A stretch of 64,000 bases of DNA from Acidobacteriota bacterium (GTDB taxonomy: Bacteria > Acidobacteriota > Vicinamibacteria > Vicinamibacterales > UBA2999). Below are positions 52,573 through 62,009 of the stretch, one piece after another (the first letter of the stretch is position 1; each line of letters begins with the position of its first letter). A program made the position numbers and the translations under genes. Location: the NCBI GenBank assembly GCA_031364805.1, contig JANLWW010000011.1, positions 9,149-73,148 of the forward strand. Direction: 5' to 3'. The notes below the pieces were generated by a model, which had not been told where the DNA came from, searched no databases, and saw only the letters and a list, made by a program, of their open reading frames with translations.

Positions 52573-53577
52573 TCACCGGCGCGCCGGCACGGGCAACTGA
52601 TCCGCCGGACTTCGCACGCCCATCACACCTCGATTCAGTACGTGCGTATAGATCATCGTCGTGCTGACGTCCTTGTGACCCAATAGCTCTTGCACCGTCC
52701 GGATGTCCGCCCCACTCTCCAGTAAGTGCGTTGCGAAGCTATGGCGGAACACGTGACACGAGACGCGCTTCTCGAGGCCCGCCAGCTTCGCGGCTTCGGC
52801 AACCGCCTTCTGCACTGCTGACTCATGCAACCGGAAACGGCTGGGCGGCCCCCACCTTGCGTCCCGGCAGATCCGCGTCGCCGGAAACACAAACTGCCAC
52901 CGCCATTCGACCGGCGCATTCGGGTACTTCCGCGCCAGCGCATCCGGCATCGTCAACCTGCCGAAACCACCCGCCAGATCGCGCTGATGCAGCCGCTTCA
53001 CATCCTGCAAATGATGCGTTAGCGCCTCCACCACCATCGCCGGCAACGGCACCGGCCGATCCTTGCCGCCCTTCTCCGCTCGAACCATGACTTGACGGCC
53101 GGACAGGTCCATATCCTTCACTCGCAGATCCAGACACTCGCTCAGCCGAAGCCCGCCGCCATACAGCAACACGGCAATCAGCCACGCCACGCCCTGCAGA
53201 TGATCCAGCACCTGCGCGACCTCCTCTCGCGACAGCACGACCGGCATGTGAGTCCCCTTCTTCGCCCAGGTCACACTCGCCAGTGGCGCCAGCGGCCGCT
53301 CAAGCACGTGCCGATACAGGAACAACAGTGCGCAGAACGCCTGGTTCTGCGTCGAGGCCGACACTTTCAGGTGCTCAGCAAGATCACTCAAGAACGCCGC
53401 CACCTCGGGCGCGCCGATGTCCACGGGATGCCGCATGCCATGGAACACGATGTAACGCCGGATCCAGGCGACGTAGCTATCTTCGGTCCTCGGGCTGAAG
53501 TGCCGAAGCCGAATAGCCGATCGAACCTGCTCCATGAGTTTTGGGCGGCCGTTCTCAACGGCCGGGACGTTGGGCAT
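52573..53577 (-). CDS. intI: integron integrase (tyrosine recombinase IntI)
   Basis: 334-aa ORF with an N-terminal SAM-like block ([30 protein letters not shown]). It carries the IntI-specific insertion [21 protein letters not shown], plus [12 protein letters not shown] and [14 protein letters not shown] catalytic boxes. Confidence 0.9.
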   Translation of the reverse strand: MPNVPAVENGRPKLMEQVRSAIRLRHFSPRTEDSYVAWIRRYIVFHGMRHPVDIGAPEVAAFLSDLAEHLKVSASTQNQAFCALLFLYRHVLERPLAPLASVTWAKKGTHMPVVLSREEVAQVLDHLQGVAWLIAVLLYGGGLRLSECLDLRVKDMDLSGRQVMVRAEKGGKDRPVPLPAMVVEALTHHLQDVKRLHQRDLAGGFGRLTMPDALARKYPNAPVEWRWQFVFPATRICRDARWGPPSRFRLHESAVQKAVAEAAKLAGLEKRVSCHVFRHSFATHLLESGADIRTVQELLGHKDVSTTMIYTHVLNRGVMGVRSPADQLPVPARR

Positions 53578-53690
53578 GCCCGTGTTGCTGCGAGGGGCGT
53601 GCCGTTAGGGTTTGCGCCTGAAATCCGTATGGCCCGCACACCGATCGCAAGAACTGCGATCGTCCAGGCTTGAGAAGATGGCAAGAACAG

Positions 53691-54476
53691 CTACCACACA
53701 GCAGCCCAACCGACACCGTCGCGCCGGGCCTTGCCCTCCTCTTCGAGCTTCACCAAATGCGCGAGCACGCTCTCGCGCGCCATCGGCGTGAGCGCGGGCG
53801 ACAGGGTAGTGTAGATGCGCGCGGTGATCACGTCCACCCTCTGCAACCCCTCCATTAGCGCCGCTACCACTTGCTCCTCACGCTGAAGGCGATGTTCCAG
53901 GTACTGCCGGATCAACTGGACCGGTTCCTCGATCACCGGGCCGTGCGCCGGCCACGCGCGTGTTGGGGAGAGCTGCAGCAACCGGTTCAACGACTTCAGG
54001 TAATCGGCGAGGCTGCCACCGTCGGAGGCAGGAATGAACACGGTGCTGCCCTGCTGAAGCAGATCGCCGATGAACAACGACGCTGAATCTTCGTGCCAGA
54101 GGGCCAAGTGATCCGGCGAGTGCCCCGGTGTATGCAGCACCGTCAGCGGACCTGCGCCGGTCATCACCCTGTCGCCATCGGCCAGCGGCCGCCACGGAAC
54201 GTTCTTGTCGCGTCCCGGCCAGGGCATCTTTGCGAAGCGAGTCCCAGGCCAGCGCGACTGGATGGCTGGCACGCCAGCGGTGTGGTCGGAATGCGCGTGG
54301 GTGACGATGACTTCTGCCGGGCCCGCCACCACGGCGGCCGCGATCGCATCGAGATGCGCGGGCTTACCAATACCGGCGTCGATCAGGATGGGACGATCGC
54401 CGGCAATCAAGTACGTCCAGTTGCCCTCGCCGGTAAACGGGCCGGGATTACCCGCGTGCAGGAGAATGGGTTTCAT
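53691..54476 (-). CDS. MBL-fold metallo-hydrolase
   Basis: THAHSDH metal motif. A C-terminal winged-helix-like tail. Start taken at MKPILLHAGNPGPFTG. Confidence 0.8.
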   Translation of the reverse strand: MKPILLHAGNPGPFTGEGNWTYLIAGDRPILIDAGIGKPAHLDAIAAAVVAGPAEVIVTHAHSDHTAGVPAIQSRWPGTRFAKMPWPGRDKNVPWRPLADGDRVMTGAGPLTVLHTPGHSPDHLALWHEDSASLFIGDLLQQGSTVFIPASDGGSLADYLKSLNRLLQLSPTRAWPAHGPVIEEPVQLIRQYLEHRLQREEQVVAALMEGLQRVDVITARIYTTLSPALTPMARESVLAHLVKLEEEGKARRDGVGWAAVW

Positions 54477-55623
54477 GGCGTAGCCGCGAGAGTCCAATAA
54501 ACGACACCGCGAACGCGACGAGCATCAGCCCCGACGCGCTCAGGTAGGGCGTAGTCATCCCGTATGAGTCGTAGAGGAACCCGCCCCACGCCGGGCCGAC
54601 GACGCGGCCGAGACTGGCGAGTGATGAGGCGAGCCCGAGAATGCCGCCCTGGTCGTTGGGATCGGACAACCGCGACACCATCGACGACAACGACGGGTTG
54701 TTGAAGCCCATGCCCACCGCCAGGATCCCCAGGGCCACCAGCAGCGTCGGCACGCTCCACGCGAACGGCACCAGGCCAATGCCGAGCGCGATACAGAAGA
54801 TCGCGACCGGTATTAACCGGGCCTCGCCCACCCGCTTCACGACCTGGTGAACCAGCACGCCCTGGATGGTGGCGAGCACCAGGCCGATGAAGGCGAACAG
54901 GAAACCAATTGAGGTCGAGGTGAAGCCGAAGCGCGCTTCGCTAAACAGCGCGAAGGTCGTTTCAAAGCTCGAGAATGCCGCCGTCACGAGAAAGTAGAGG
55001 ACCAGCAGCAGCACCAGGACGGGCTTGGTGAGCGCATGCCTGAACGCCTCCATTCGACCGAGCGTCTTGGTCTCAGCCGAGACCCGGCGCGATTCCGGCA
55101 GCAGGAACCACGCGGCGATGAAATTACCCAGGCACAGCACTGAGGCAAACCACATTGGCGCTTCGGGACCGAGCCGGCTCAGCAAGCCGCCAATTGCCGG
55201 ACCAAAGATAAACCCCAGCCCGAACGCCGCGCCAACCATGCCCATGCCCTTCGCGCGGTTCTCGGGAGTCGTCACGTCGGCAATGTACGCCTGGGCGGTT
55301 GGGATGTTGGCGCCGGCGATGCCACCGATAATGCGCGCGAAGAAGATCAGCGGCAGCGAGGTGGCAAGAGCCAGCGCTAAATACGACAGGCACGACCCCA
55401 TCAACCCGATCAGGATGATCGGCCTGCGGCCAATCCTGTCGGACCAGCGTCCCCAGATCGGCGAGAACAGGAACTGCATCAGCGAGAAGCTGGTGCCGAG
55501 CAGGCCAATGGTGAGCGCGGAGGCGCCGAACGATTCCGCATAGAACGGCAACAGCGGAATGATGATTCCGAAGCCCAACAGGTCGATGAAGACCGTGATG
55601 AAGATAACGACGAGCGGCGACAT
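54448..55623 (-). CDS. MFS transporter (TetA-like drug/H+ antiporter family)
   Basis: 391-aa ORF with 12 predicted helices. GRWSDRIGRRP motif A. Confidence 0.8.
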   Translation of the reverse strand: MSPLVVIFITVFIDLLGFGIIIPLLPFYAESFGASALTIGLLGTSFSLMQFLFSPIWGRWSDRIGRRPIILIGLMGSCLSYLALALATSLPLIFFARIIGGIAGANIPTAQAYIADVTTPENRAKGMGMVGAAFGLGFIFGPAIGGLLSRLGPEAPMWFASVLCLGNFIAAWFLLPESRRVSAETKTLGRMEAFRHALTKPVLVLLLVLYFLVTAAFSSFETTFALFSEARFGFTSTSIGFLFAFIGLVLATIQGVLVHQVVKRVGEARLIPVAIFCIALGIGLVPFAWSVPTLLVALGILAVGMGFNNPSLSSMVSRLSDPNDQGGILGLASSLASLGRVVGPAWGGFLYDSYGMTTPYLSASGLMLVAFAVSFIGLSRLRHETHSPARG

Positions 55624-55631
55624 GTTCTCGA

Positions 55632-56330
55632 CTACCGGGAGGGCGGCGCTTTAGCGCCGCCATTCAACCACAGGGACAGCCCTACGTAGTAAACCGGGAA
55701 CACCAGAGACAGCGCGATCCAGGGACCGTCAACGGCAGGCAAGCGCCAGATGATCCGGACAAACAGAAGTGCCCACGCCGTGCCAAGCAACAGCGTGGGC
55801 ACTTTCAAGACCGTGGTGCGCGAGGGGTAGATGTAACGGATCGGCACGAACACCAGGAGCGCCAGCGTCAGCAGTACGACCGCATTGACCATTGGCGAGA
55901 GTTGCAGCACATAGAGATACACGACAACGATGTTCCAGTAAGACGGGAACCCTGTGAAGAAGTGATCCCCGGTCTTGACCTTGGCGTCGGCCTGGCCAAA
56001 CCCGTAGGCGCTCGATAGCAGCATGGCCGCGCACACCGGAAACGCCACCGGCACCAGTTGCGCCTGCCACACGATCAAGACCGGCACGAACACGTAGGTA
56101 AGGTAATCGACGATGTCGTCGAGGCGGGCGCCGTCGAAGTGCGGCAGGCGTTCCTTGACCTTGAGTGCGCGCGCCAGCACGCCGTCGGTGGCGTCGACGA
56201 ACGTGGCCGCCACGAGGTAGATAAAAGCCGCGCGAAAGTTATGAGCGAAGGTCATGCCGGTCGCAAGCAGGGCAATCACGGTCCCCGTCGCGGTGTAGAG
56301 GTGCGCGATCCACGGCAGGATCGGCGCCAC
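55632..56330 (-). CDS. pcs: CDP-alcohol phosphatidyltransferase family, phosphatidylcholine synthase-like
   Basis: VDATDGVLARALKVKERLPHFDGARLDDIVDYLTYV matches the Pcs-type D-x2-DG-x2-AR...G-x3-D-x3-D spacing. FFTGFPSYWN block. 232 aa. Confidence 0.6.
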   Translation of the reverse strand: MAPILPWIAHLYTATGTVIALLATGMTFAHNFRAAFIYLVAATFVDATDGVLARALKVKERLPHFDGARLDDIVDYLTYVFVPVLIVWQAQLVPVAFPVCAAMLLSSAYGFGQADAKVKTGDHFFTGFPSYWNIVVVYLYVLQLSPMVNAVVLLTLALLVFVPIRYIYPSRTTVLKVPTLLLGTAWALLFVRIIWRLPAVDGPWIALSLVFPVYYVGLSLWLNGGAKAPPSR

Positions 56331-56331
56331 C

Positions 56332-57879
56332 TCAGAGCCGGCGCTCGGCGTGCGGGAACGAATTCCAGACCGGCACCCCGCAGAAGTGGGAACCCTCGGT
56401 GCACCGCGGCGACACGATCTTGTTGCGCAGCACGCACGGCGGGCCGAGGAAGCGGCCCAGCTGCGGATGAATTTCCTTGACCTGGCTGATCTCGTCCATC
56501 GACGCGAGGTAGATCTCCTCCTGCGCGTTGAAGCAGGTACGCAGCGTCCACTTGTGCTGCAGCGCGATGAACGAGCCCGACTCGACCAGCCGCAGCGCCT
56601 TGGCGTTGGGCACGACGTAGAGCGCGTACTCGAGCGGCACGCCCAGCGCGAGCAGCTGGTTCTTGGCGGCCCACGCGTCGGCCATGGCCTGCTCGAACAC
56701 CGCCAGCGCCTCGGGGTTCTGGCGAATCAGGCGCGGCGTGATGTAGTCGGGCTGGGTAGTGTCGGCCAGTGTCATCATGGGCCGCGACGCCGGCACCATT
56801 CGGTGGCGCTGGTCCTGCGAGTCAGCAGTGTGGCTCAGCTTCTTTTCGAACACGTAGTTCGCGTGGTTGAGCGTGCGCATCATCGGCGAGTGGTACGCGA
56901 CGTCGAGCAGGTCAACACGGTACGGGTTGCGCGCCGGGTTCATCACCCGATCGATCGCTTCCGCGTCGTCCATTTCCACGGTGGTGATGCCGAAGGTGGC
57001 GCGCACGGCGTCGGCTACCACGCGCTCGGCGCCTGCCGACCAGTCGCGCAGGCGCGACACCCGGCCCTGCAGCCGGCGATCGAACTCTGCGGCAAACGCA
57101 TCGCCCGAGGCGCGCGTGTTGGGGAACTGCATCTCGGGCATCGACTCGCGCGCCATGGTGTCGAGCCCGATCTTCTCGAAGAACATCGGATCGACTTCTT
57201 TCACGAGGTCGACCATGGCGCCAATCACCATCGCGGCTTCGTACGGCACGTCGCCAGCATTGAGCATGCGATACAGGCGATGCAGCACGATGCCAGACAC
57301 GGTGTGGACCATCGACGTGAACGCGCCGATCGGAATCACGTAGCGCGCGGTTTCGATCGCCTTCTTCTCGGCCTCGCGCTCGACGACCTTCAGCCGCGCC
57401 GGTGAATTGGTCGGCCTGACGTAGCGCAGCTCCTTCAGGATCGCCCAGGCGTCGTCTTTGAGCAGCGCAGAGAGCTGTGCGTAGGCATCCCACGCCTTCA
57501 ACACCGCCTGCTCGTAGATGTCGAGTGCGTCACCAGTGAGGGGTGGCACAAACGCGCGTGGCTCGTTCAGCTTGACGTAGCGCTGGCTCGACTGTTCCGA
57601 GTTGTAGAAGGGATACGAATGCAGGACGCTCCACACCAGTTGCCGCGAGATGTTCTCGAGACCGAATTCGAAATGGGCGTGCTGAAAGACGGTGTGATGG
57701 CCTCCCTCGAAGGTCAGCGGACCGATGGAATCGCGCTGTTTGTCGGTAACTTCGCTGCGTGCGATCACACGGGGCGAATAGCACGTGCGGGCCGCGGCAA
57801 TGGCGCCGTCGTACGGCACGGCCGGTGACGATAGCAACGTGACTTTCGGAGGTGCGGTGTCGAGCGCCAAGGCGGGCAT
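56332..57879 (-). CDS. thyX: FAD-dependent thymidylate synthase, long tandem-domain form
   Basis: 515-aa ORF. The N-terminal half has HHTVFQHAHFEF...SEQSSQRY. The C-terminal half has QDQRHRMVPASR. The length is about twice a canonical ThyX. Confidence 0.6.
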   Translation of the reverse strand: MPALALDTAPPKVTLLSSPAVPYDGAIAAARTCYSPRVIARSEVTDKQRDSIGPLTFEGGHHTVFQHAHFEFGLENISRQLVWSVLHSYPFYNSEQSSQRYVKLNEPRAFVPPLTGDALDIYEQAVLKAWDAYAQLSALLKDDAWAILKELRYVRPTNSPARLKVVEREAEKKAIETARYVIPIGAFTSMVHTVSGIVLHRLYRMLNAGDVPYEAAMVIGAMVDLVKEVDPMFFEKIGLDTMARESMPEMQFPNTRASGDAFAAEFDRRLQGRVSRLRDWSAGAERVVADAVRATFGITTVEMDDAEAIDRVMNPARNPYRVDLLDVAYHSPMMRTLNHANYVFEKKLSHTADSQDQRHRMVPASRPMMTLADTTQPDYITPRLIRQNPEALAVFEQAMADAWAAKNQLLALGVPLEYALYVVPNAKALRLVESGSFIALQHKWTLRTCFNAQEEIYLASMDEISQVKEIHPQLGRFLGPPCVLRNKIVSPRCTEGSHFCGVPVWNSFPHAERRL

Positions 57880-57990
57880 CGGAATGCACGCAATTATACG
57901 CGCTCGCCCGACGTTCTTGGGGTCGGTCCAGTGCTAATATTCGCAGGAACCGCCGGGATGCTCCCGGCGGAGACAACAAGGATTCTTACC

Positions 57991-58386
57991 ATGGCACGCC
58001 TGATCGGAACACTTACGTTGGCGCTTGTGCTTTCCCCTCTCGCGGCGTTCGCCCAGCTCGCCCCGGGCGATGCCGGCAGCTTTATGGGCAACTGGGTTCT
58101 CACCCTGGATTCGCCGCAGGGCGCCATGGAGCAGTCGGTCGTCCTGAAAGACGAGGGCGGCAAGGTCGTCGCCGAGATGAGCAGCCAGATGGCTCCCGAG
58201 ACCCAGAAGGTGACCGACGTCAGCAAGGATAAAGAGAACCTGGTGCTCAAGTTCGCCGGCAACTTCCAGGGCAACCCGTTCGACGCCGTGATTACGATGA
58301 CGCCCGATGGCACCGACAAGGTGAAGGTGTTGTTCGACATCAACGGCGGCCAGTTCTCGATGAACGGCACCGGCGTCAAGAAATAG
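57991..58386 (+). CDS. small secreted beta-rich protein, unknown function
   Basis: Signal peptide MARLIGTLTLALVLSPLAAFAQ. 131 aa. A 9-bp-stem hairpin (57950-57970) lies in the 5' region. Confidence 0.5.
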   Translation: MARLIGTLTLALVLSPLAAFAQLAPGDAGSFMGNWVLTLDSPQGAMEQSVVLKDEGGKVVAEMSSQMAPETQKVTDVSKDKENLVLKFAGNFQGNPFDAVITMTPDGTDKVKVLFDINGGQFSMNGTGVKK

Positions 58387-58388
58387 CG

Positions 58389-59165
58389 CTAACCCATCGT
58401 TTGGCCGCCGTCGATGTTGAAGCACTGACCCGTAATGGCACCGGCGTCGGCACTGGCCAGGTAGTTGACCAGTCCCGCCACTTCTTCAGGCTGGATGATC
58501 CGCTTGATCGGCACCGCCGCCAACGAGCGTTCCTTGAACTGCTCGTAGGTCACCTTGCTGTGGCTGGCGCCCTGGGTCATGCCGAGAACCGCCATCTCGG
58601 TTTCGACCCAGCCGGGCGCGAGCGCATTGACGGTAATCTTCCGCTTCAGCACCTCGAGCGCGAGCGCGCGCGTAAATCCGATGACGCCGTGCTTCGACGC
58701 GCAATAGGCGGTGTAACCAGGCGCACCGAACCTCCCGAGCACCGACGACATGTTGATGATGCGGCCCCCCTCGGCGACGATCGGCAGCAGTGCGCGCGTC
58801 ACCAGGAACATGCCAGTGAGGTTGGTGTCGATGGTGTTCTTCCAGCGGGCCACGTCGGACCCCTGAACGTTCTCTCCCCCACCAACGCCGGCGTTGTTCA
58901 CCAACACATCGATCGACGGCACCCGGCCGTGGAGCGAACCCAGGCTGCTGGCGACACTCGCCTCGTCTGTGACATCCATCTGGAGGACGATCGCGGTGGC
59001 GCCCTTCGCCTCGATCGCTCTTGCGGTCTCCTCGAGCGGCGCAACCGTGCGGCCGGTAATCACCACCAGGTTACCTGGGACCGCGAATGCCAGCGCCACC
59101 GCGCGACCAATACCCCGGCCCCCACCGGTCACGACGACCGCCCTACTCATCGTCTTCGTCATCAT
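58389..59165 (-). CDS. SDR family oxidoreductase (FabG-like)
   Basis: TGGGRGIG cofactor motif, NNAG, and a YCASK catalytic tetrad context. Confidence 0.85.
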   Translation of the reverse strand: MMTKTMSRAVVVTGGGRGIGRAVALAFAVPGNLVVITGRTVAPLEETARAIEAKGATAIVLQMDVTDEASVASSLGSLHGRVPSIDVLVNNAGVGGGENVQGSDVARWKNTIDTNLTGMFLVTRALLPIVAEGGRIINMSSVLGRFGAPGYTAYCASKHGVIGFTRALALEVLKRKITVNALAPGWVETEMAVLGMTQGASHSKVTYEQFKERSLAAVPIKRIIQPEEVAGLVNYLASADAGAITGQCFNIDGGQTMG

Positions 59166-59703
59166 CGTCTTCCTTATCGCGGCGCGCGTGGTAACGCGAA
59201 TACTCTTCGAGGTAGGTCAGCGAGCCGAGCGCCTTCATGCGGTCGAAAAACAGTACACCGTCCAGATGATCGGCTTCGTGCTGGATGACACGCGCTGGAA
59301 AATCCTTCAGGTCGAGCTCGAAGCGCTTGCCATGGCGGTCGAGCGCCGACACCTTGATGTGCTGCGCCCGCGGCACCCGGCCGCGAATTTCGGGAATGCT
59401 CAGGCAGCCTTCCCAGCCCTCGACGGTCTGATCGCCAACTACGGTGATCTCGGGGTTGATGAAGACGGTGGCGTCGCCGTCGCCCTGGCCGTCAGAATCA
59501 AGCATGGCGACAAACACGCGGATGCTTTCGTGCACCTGCGGGCCCGCCAGGCCGACGCCCGCATACTCGAACATCGTGTCAACCATGCTGTCGATGAAAT
59601 CCTGCACGGCCTGGGTCTTGATCTCGAGCTTGTCGACGGTCCGGGCCTTGGCGCGGAGGACGGGATGGCCCATCCGGGCGACTTTAAGGATCGACATGAT
59701 CAA
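59143..59703 (-). CDS. def: peptide deformylase with acidic C-terminal tail
   Basis: GVGLAGPQ, EGCLS and HEADH motifs. The tail is DKEDDDDEDDE. Confidence 0.9.
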   Translation of the reverse strand: MIMSILKVARMGHPVLRAKARTVDKLEIKTQAVQDFIDSMVDTMFEYAGVGLAGPQVHESIRVFVAMLDSDGQGDGDATVFINPEITVVGDQTVEGWEGCLSIPEIRGRVPRAQHIKVSALDRHGKRFELDLKDFPARVIQHEADHLDGVLFFDRMKALGSLTYLEEYSRYHARRDKEDDDDEDDE

Positions 59704-59725
59704 ATTCTATACTGGGGGCTTGCCT

Positions 59726-60298
59726 ATGCACTCGCACGACATGAACCCGCCCTACAAGTTCTGCCCGGTCTGCGGCAGCCCGCTCGAGCCTCGGGTGCTG
59801 AAGGTGACCGAGCCCAAGCGGTTGGTCTGTACCAACGCGGCGTGCGGGTTCGTCTTCTATTTGGATCCCAAGATTGCGGTCGGCACCATCATTCGCGTAA
59901 ACGAAGGGAAGCAGATCGTGCTCGTGAGGCGGGCGATCGAGCCTGGTTATGGCAAGTGGGTGTTTCCCGGCGGCTACGTTGATCGTGGTGAGGAGATCAC
60001 GCTGGCGGCCATTCGCGAGGCGCGCGAAGAAGCCGGCCTCGACGTCCGGCTCGATCACCTGATCGACATCTACTCGTATGCGGGTCGTGCGCCCGTGATT
60101 ATCGTCTATGCCGCGACCAGGATTTCCGGCGAGCTGGCGGTAGATGATGAGGGGCTCGAGGCGAGGGAGTTCGACCTCGACGCGATCCCCTGGGACGAAC
60201 TGGCGTTTCGCAGCACCAGCGAAGCCCTGCGAGACTACCTCAACGCGAAGGGCTTAGACCCCTCCGCATCACCCGGTCTGGGTCGGACGCCACGCTAG
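59726..60298 (+). CDS. NUDIX hydrolase with N-terminal zinc ribbon
   Basis: CPVCG...CTNAACG ribbon. Nudix box GGYVDRGEEITLAAIREAREEAGL. Confidence 0.85.
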   Translation: MHSHDMNPPYKFCPVCGSPLEPRVLKVTEPKRLVCTNAACGFVFYLDPKIAVGTIIRVNEGKQIVLVRRAIEPGYGKWVFPGGYVDRGEEITLAAIREAREEAGLDVRLDHLIDIYSYAGRAPVIIVYAATRISGELAVDDEGLEAREFDLDAIPWDELAFRSTSEALRDYLNAKGLDPSASPGLGRTPR

Positions 60299-61470
60299 TC
60301 GCCGGGCGCGCCAGGCAGCAACGGTTCGAGTTCCAGCGCCTGCGCGCCGTTCTCGGTGCACACGGCAAACTGCGACTCGCCTGCGCGGTACATCGCCACG
60401 CCGGCGTACTCCCCGCGCTTGTTGAGCACGAAGAAGCGAATGTTGAAGTTGGGATTGCCCTTGGTGTTGAGCAACCGCGCCTCAATAGTGTTGGCCTTGA
60501 TGCGCTTGAGGGCTTCCATGCCGGCGTCCTTCGGCGACATGCCGCGGCGCATTGATTCCACGATCAGGAACGACGAAAGGTTGTAGAGGTTCGCCTCGCC
60601 ACGACCAGTCGAACCGGCGGCGCCGGTTTCGTTGTCCACGTAAAGGCCTGCGCCCAGAATCGGCGAGTCGCCGGTGCGCCCGGGAATCTTCCACGCCAGC
60701 CCGCTGGTGGTGGTCACGCCACACAGGTCGCCAGAGGGGCCAATGCCGTTGCAGTTGATCGTGCCCCAGAAGCTGCCCTCGGGGATCAAGCCGTCGCGCA
60801 CCATCGCCAGGCCGGCCGCCAACGATCGCGCCTGCAACGCCGCGTCGTCGCCAGGATCCTTCTCGTGCCGCGGCTTGGGCTTGCGCTCGGCGCCATTGGG
60901 ATCGAGCCAGTGCTCCGGGTCCACGCGGCGCTTCCACTCGCGCCACAACCGGCGCGAGTTGTCGGTGTTGAGATCGTCCTCGACCGTGAAGCCCATGTGA
61001 CGGGCGAACAGCTGCGCCCCGGCGCCAGACAACAAGTGATGGTCGGTGTAGTCCATCACGGCCTTCGCTACCAATGACGGCGTGCGCACGCCCTCAAGAC
61101 ACGCCACAGCGCCAGCCCGCTTCTTGGGGCCGTGCATGCACGACGCGTCGAGTTCGATCACGCCGTTGGCGTTTGGCAGCGCGCCGTAGCCGATGCCGGT
61201 TTCGAGCGGATCGAGTTCTGGAATGTTGACGCCGGCAATCAGCGCATCAAGGACGTCCTGGCCGCTGGTGATCAGTCTGAACGCGCGTTGCACCGCGTTC
61301 TCGGTGCCACCGTTCTTGAACTCCCAGCCGGAGTAGTCAGATATCACCACCGGCCGCACAGTCCGCATCACGGCGGGGGCTTGCGTCGCTGACGGCGCCT
61401 GGGCCATGCCAGTCAGCGGCACGGCAGCAGCCAGGGAGGCGGACTTCACAAAATCGCGGCGGCTAATCAT
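60295..61470 (-). CDS. Tat-exported Ntn-hydrolase, glycosylasparaginase/isoaspartyl peptidase family
   Basis: MISRRDFVKSASLAAAV Tat signal. GTINCNGI...GVTTTSG (autoprocessing Thr context)...GAAGSTGRGE. Confidence 0.8.
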   Translation of the reverse strand: MISRRDFVKSASLAAAVPLTGMAQAPSATQAPAVMRTVRPVVISDYSGWEFKNGGTENAVQRAFRLITSGQDVLDALIAGVNIPELDPLETGIGYGALPNANGVIELDASCMHGPKKRAGAVACLEGVRTPSLVAKAVMDYTDHHLLSGAGAQLFARHMGFTVEDDLNTDNSRRLWREWKRRVDPEHWLDPNGAERKPKPRHEKDPGDDAALQARSLAAGLAMVRDGLIPEGSFWGTINCNGIGPSGDLCGVTTTSGLAWKIPGRTGDSPILGAGLYVDNETGAAGSTGRGEANLYNLSSFLIVESMRRGMSPKDAGMEALKRIKANTIEARLLNTKGNPNFNIRFFVLNKRGEYAGVAMYRAGESQFAVCTENGAQALELEPLLPGAPGD

Positions 61471-61520
61471 CAGCAGAGAATAGCCGAATTATCGGCTCCT
61501 GACGGCGGCGATCGGAGCGG

Positions 61521-62009
61521 TTAGAGTCGTCGGCCCTTGATCGCTCCCGAGAGAATTGCCTTCCGAACGTCGTCGACGGTCGACAATCCCCCCGGCGCCG
61601 TGCCACTCCACTCGAGTCGAGTGCCCGACGGCGTCCAGTGAAACAGCGCCACCTGCCATGTGTGGCCGATCCCGCGGCGTTCGAAATAGACGATGCAGTG
61701 GTCGGTCGAGCACCCTGCCGCGACCAGCCGGCGAGTCGGCAAGTTGGGATTGACGACCACATCGGTCATCCGAAACTCTGCTCCTGGCTCGGCGATGTCG
61801 AGTCCCCCGCCGAACAAGGTCTGCAGCCCGTCGCGGACGCCGAGCGGCAGGCCTCTGATGGACGTGACCATCTGAAACTGCTCGGCCTGCACGTGGGCCC
61901 GCAACGATCCGGACAGCGTGGTGACCTCAGTCGCCTGACGTCCAGCGGCCATGGCCGAGCCAAGGCTCACGGCGGGCGTCAGTAGCAGCACGATGAACAG
62001 ACGAGTCAA
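61521..62009 (-). CDS. secreted protein, unknown function
   Basis: 162-aa ORF with signal peptide MTRLFIVLLLTPAVSLGSAMA. 4-nt overlap with the upstream gene. Confidence 0.45.
   Translation of the reverse strand: MTRLFIVLLLTPAVSLGSAMAAGRQATEVTTLSGSLRAHVQAEQFQMVTSIRGLPLGVRDGLQTLFGGGLDIAEPGAEFRMTDVVVNPNLPTRRLVAAGCSTDHCIVYFERRGIGHTWQVALFHWTPSGTRLEWSGTAPGGLSTVDDVRKAILSGAIKGRRL

Larger units (their letters stand above)
45531..53577 (-). mobile_element. chromosomal integron (intI, candidate attI, cassette array) interrupted by IS110-family elements
   Basis: An IntI-type recombinase, three homologous attC sites, short unrelated cassette ORFs and visibly lower GC than the flanks. Core housekeeping genes lie on both sides. 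Confidence 0.75.

Noticed and set aside
53605-53611. GTTAGGG upstream of the intI start, considered as a conventional-side attI core.
   Set aside because: The last base does not fit GTTRRRY. The downstream genes are housekeeping genes on the opposite orientation. No attC-like inverted cores were seen in 53.6-57.9 kb.
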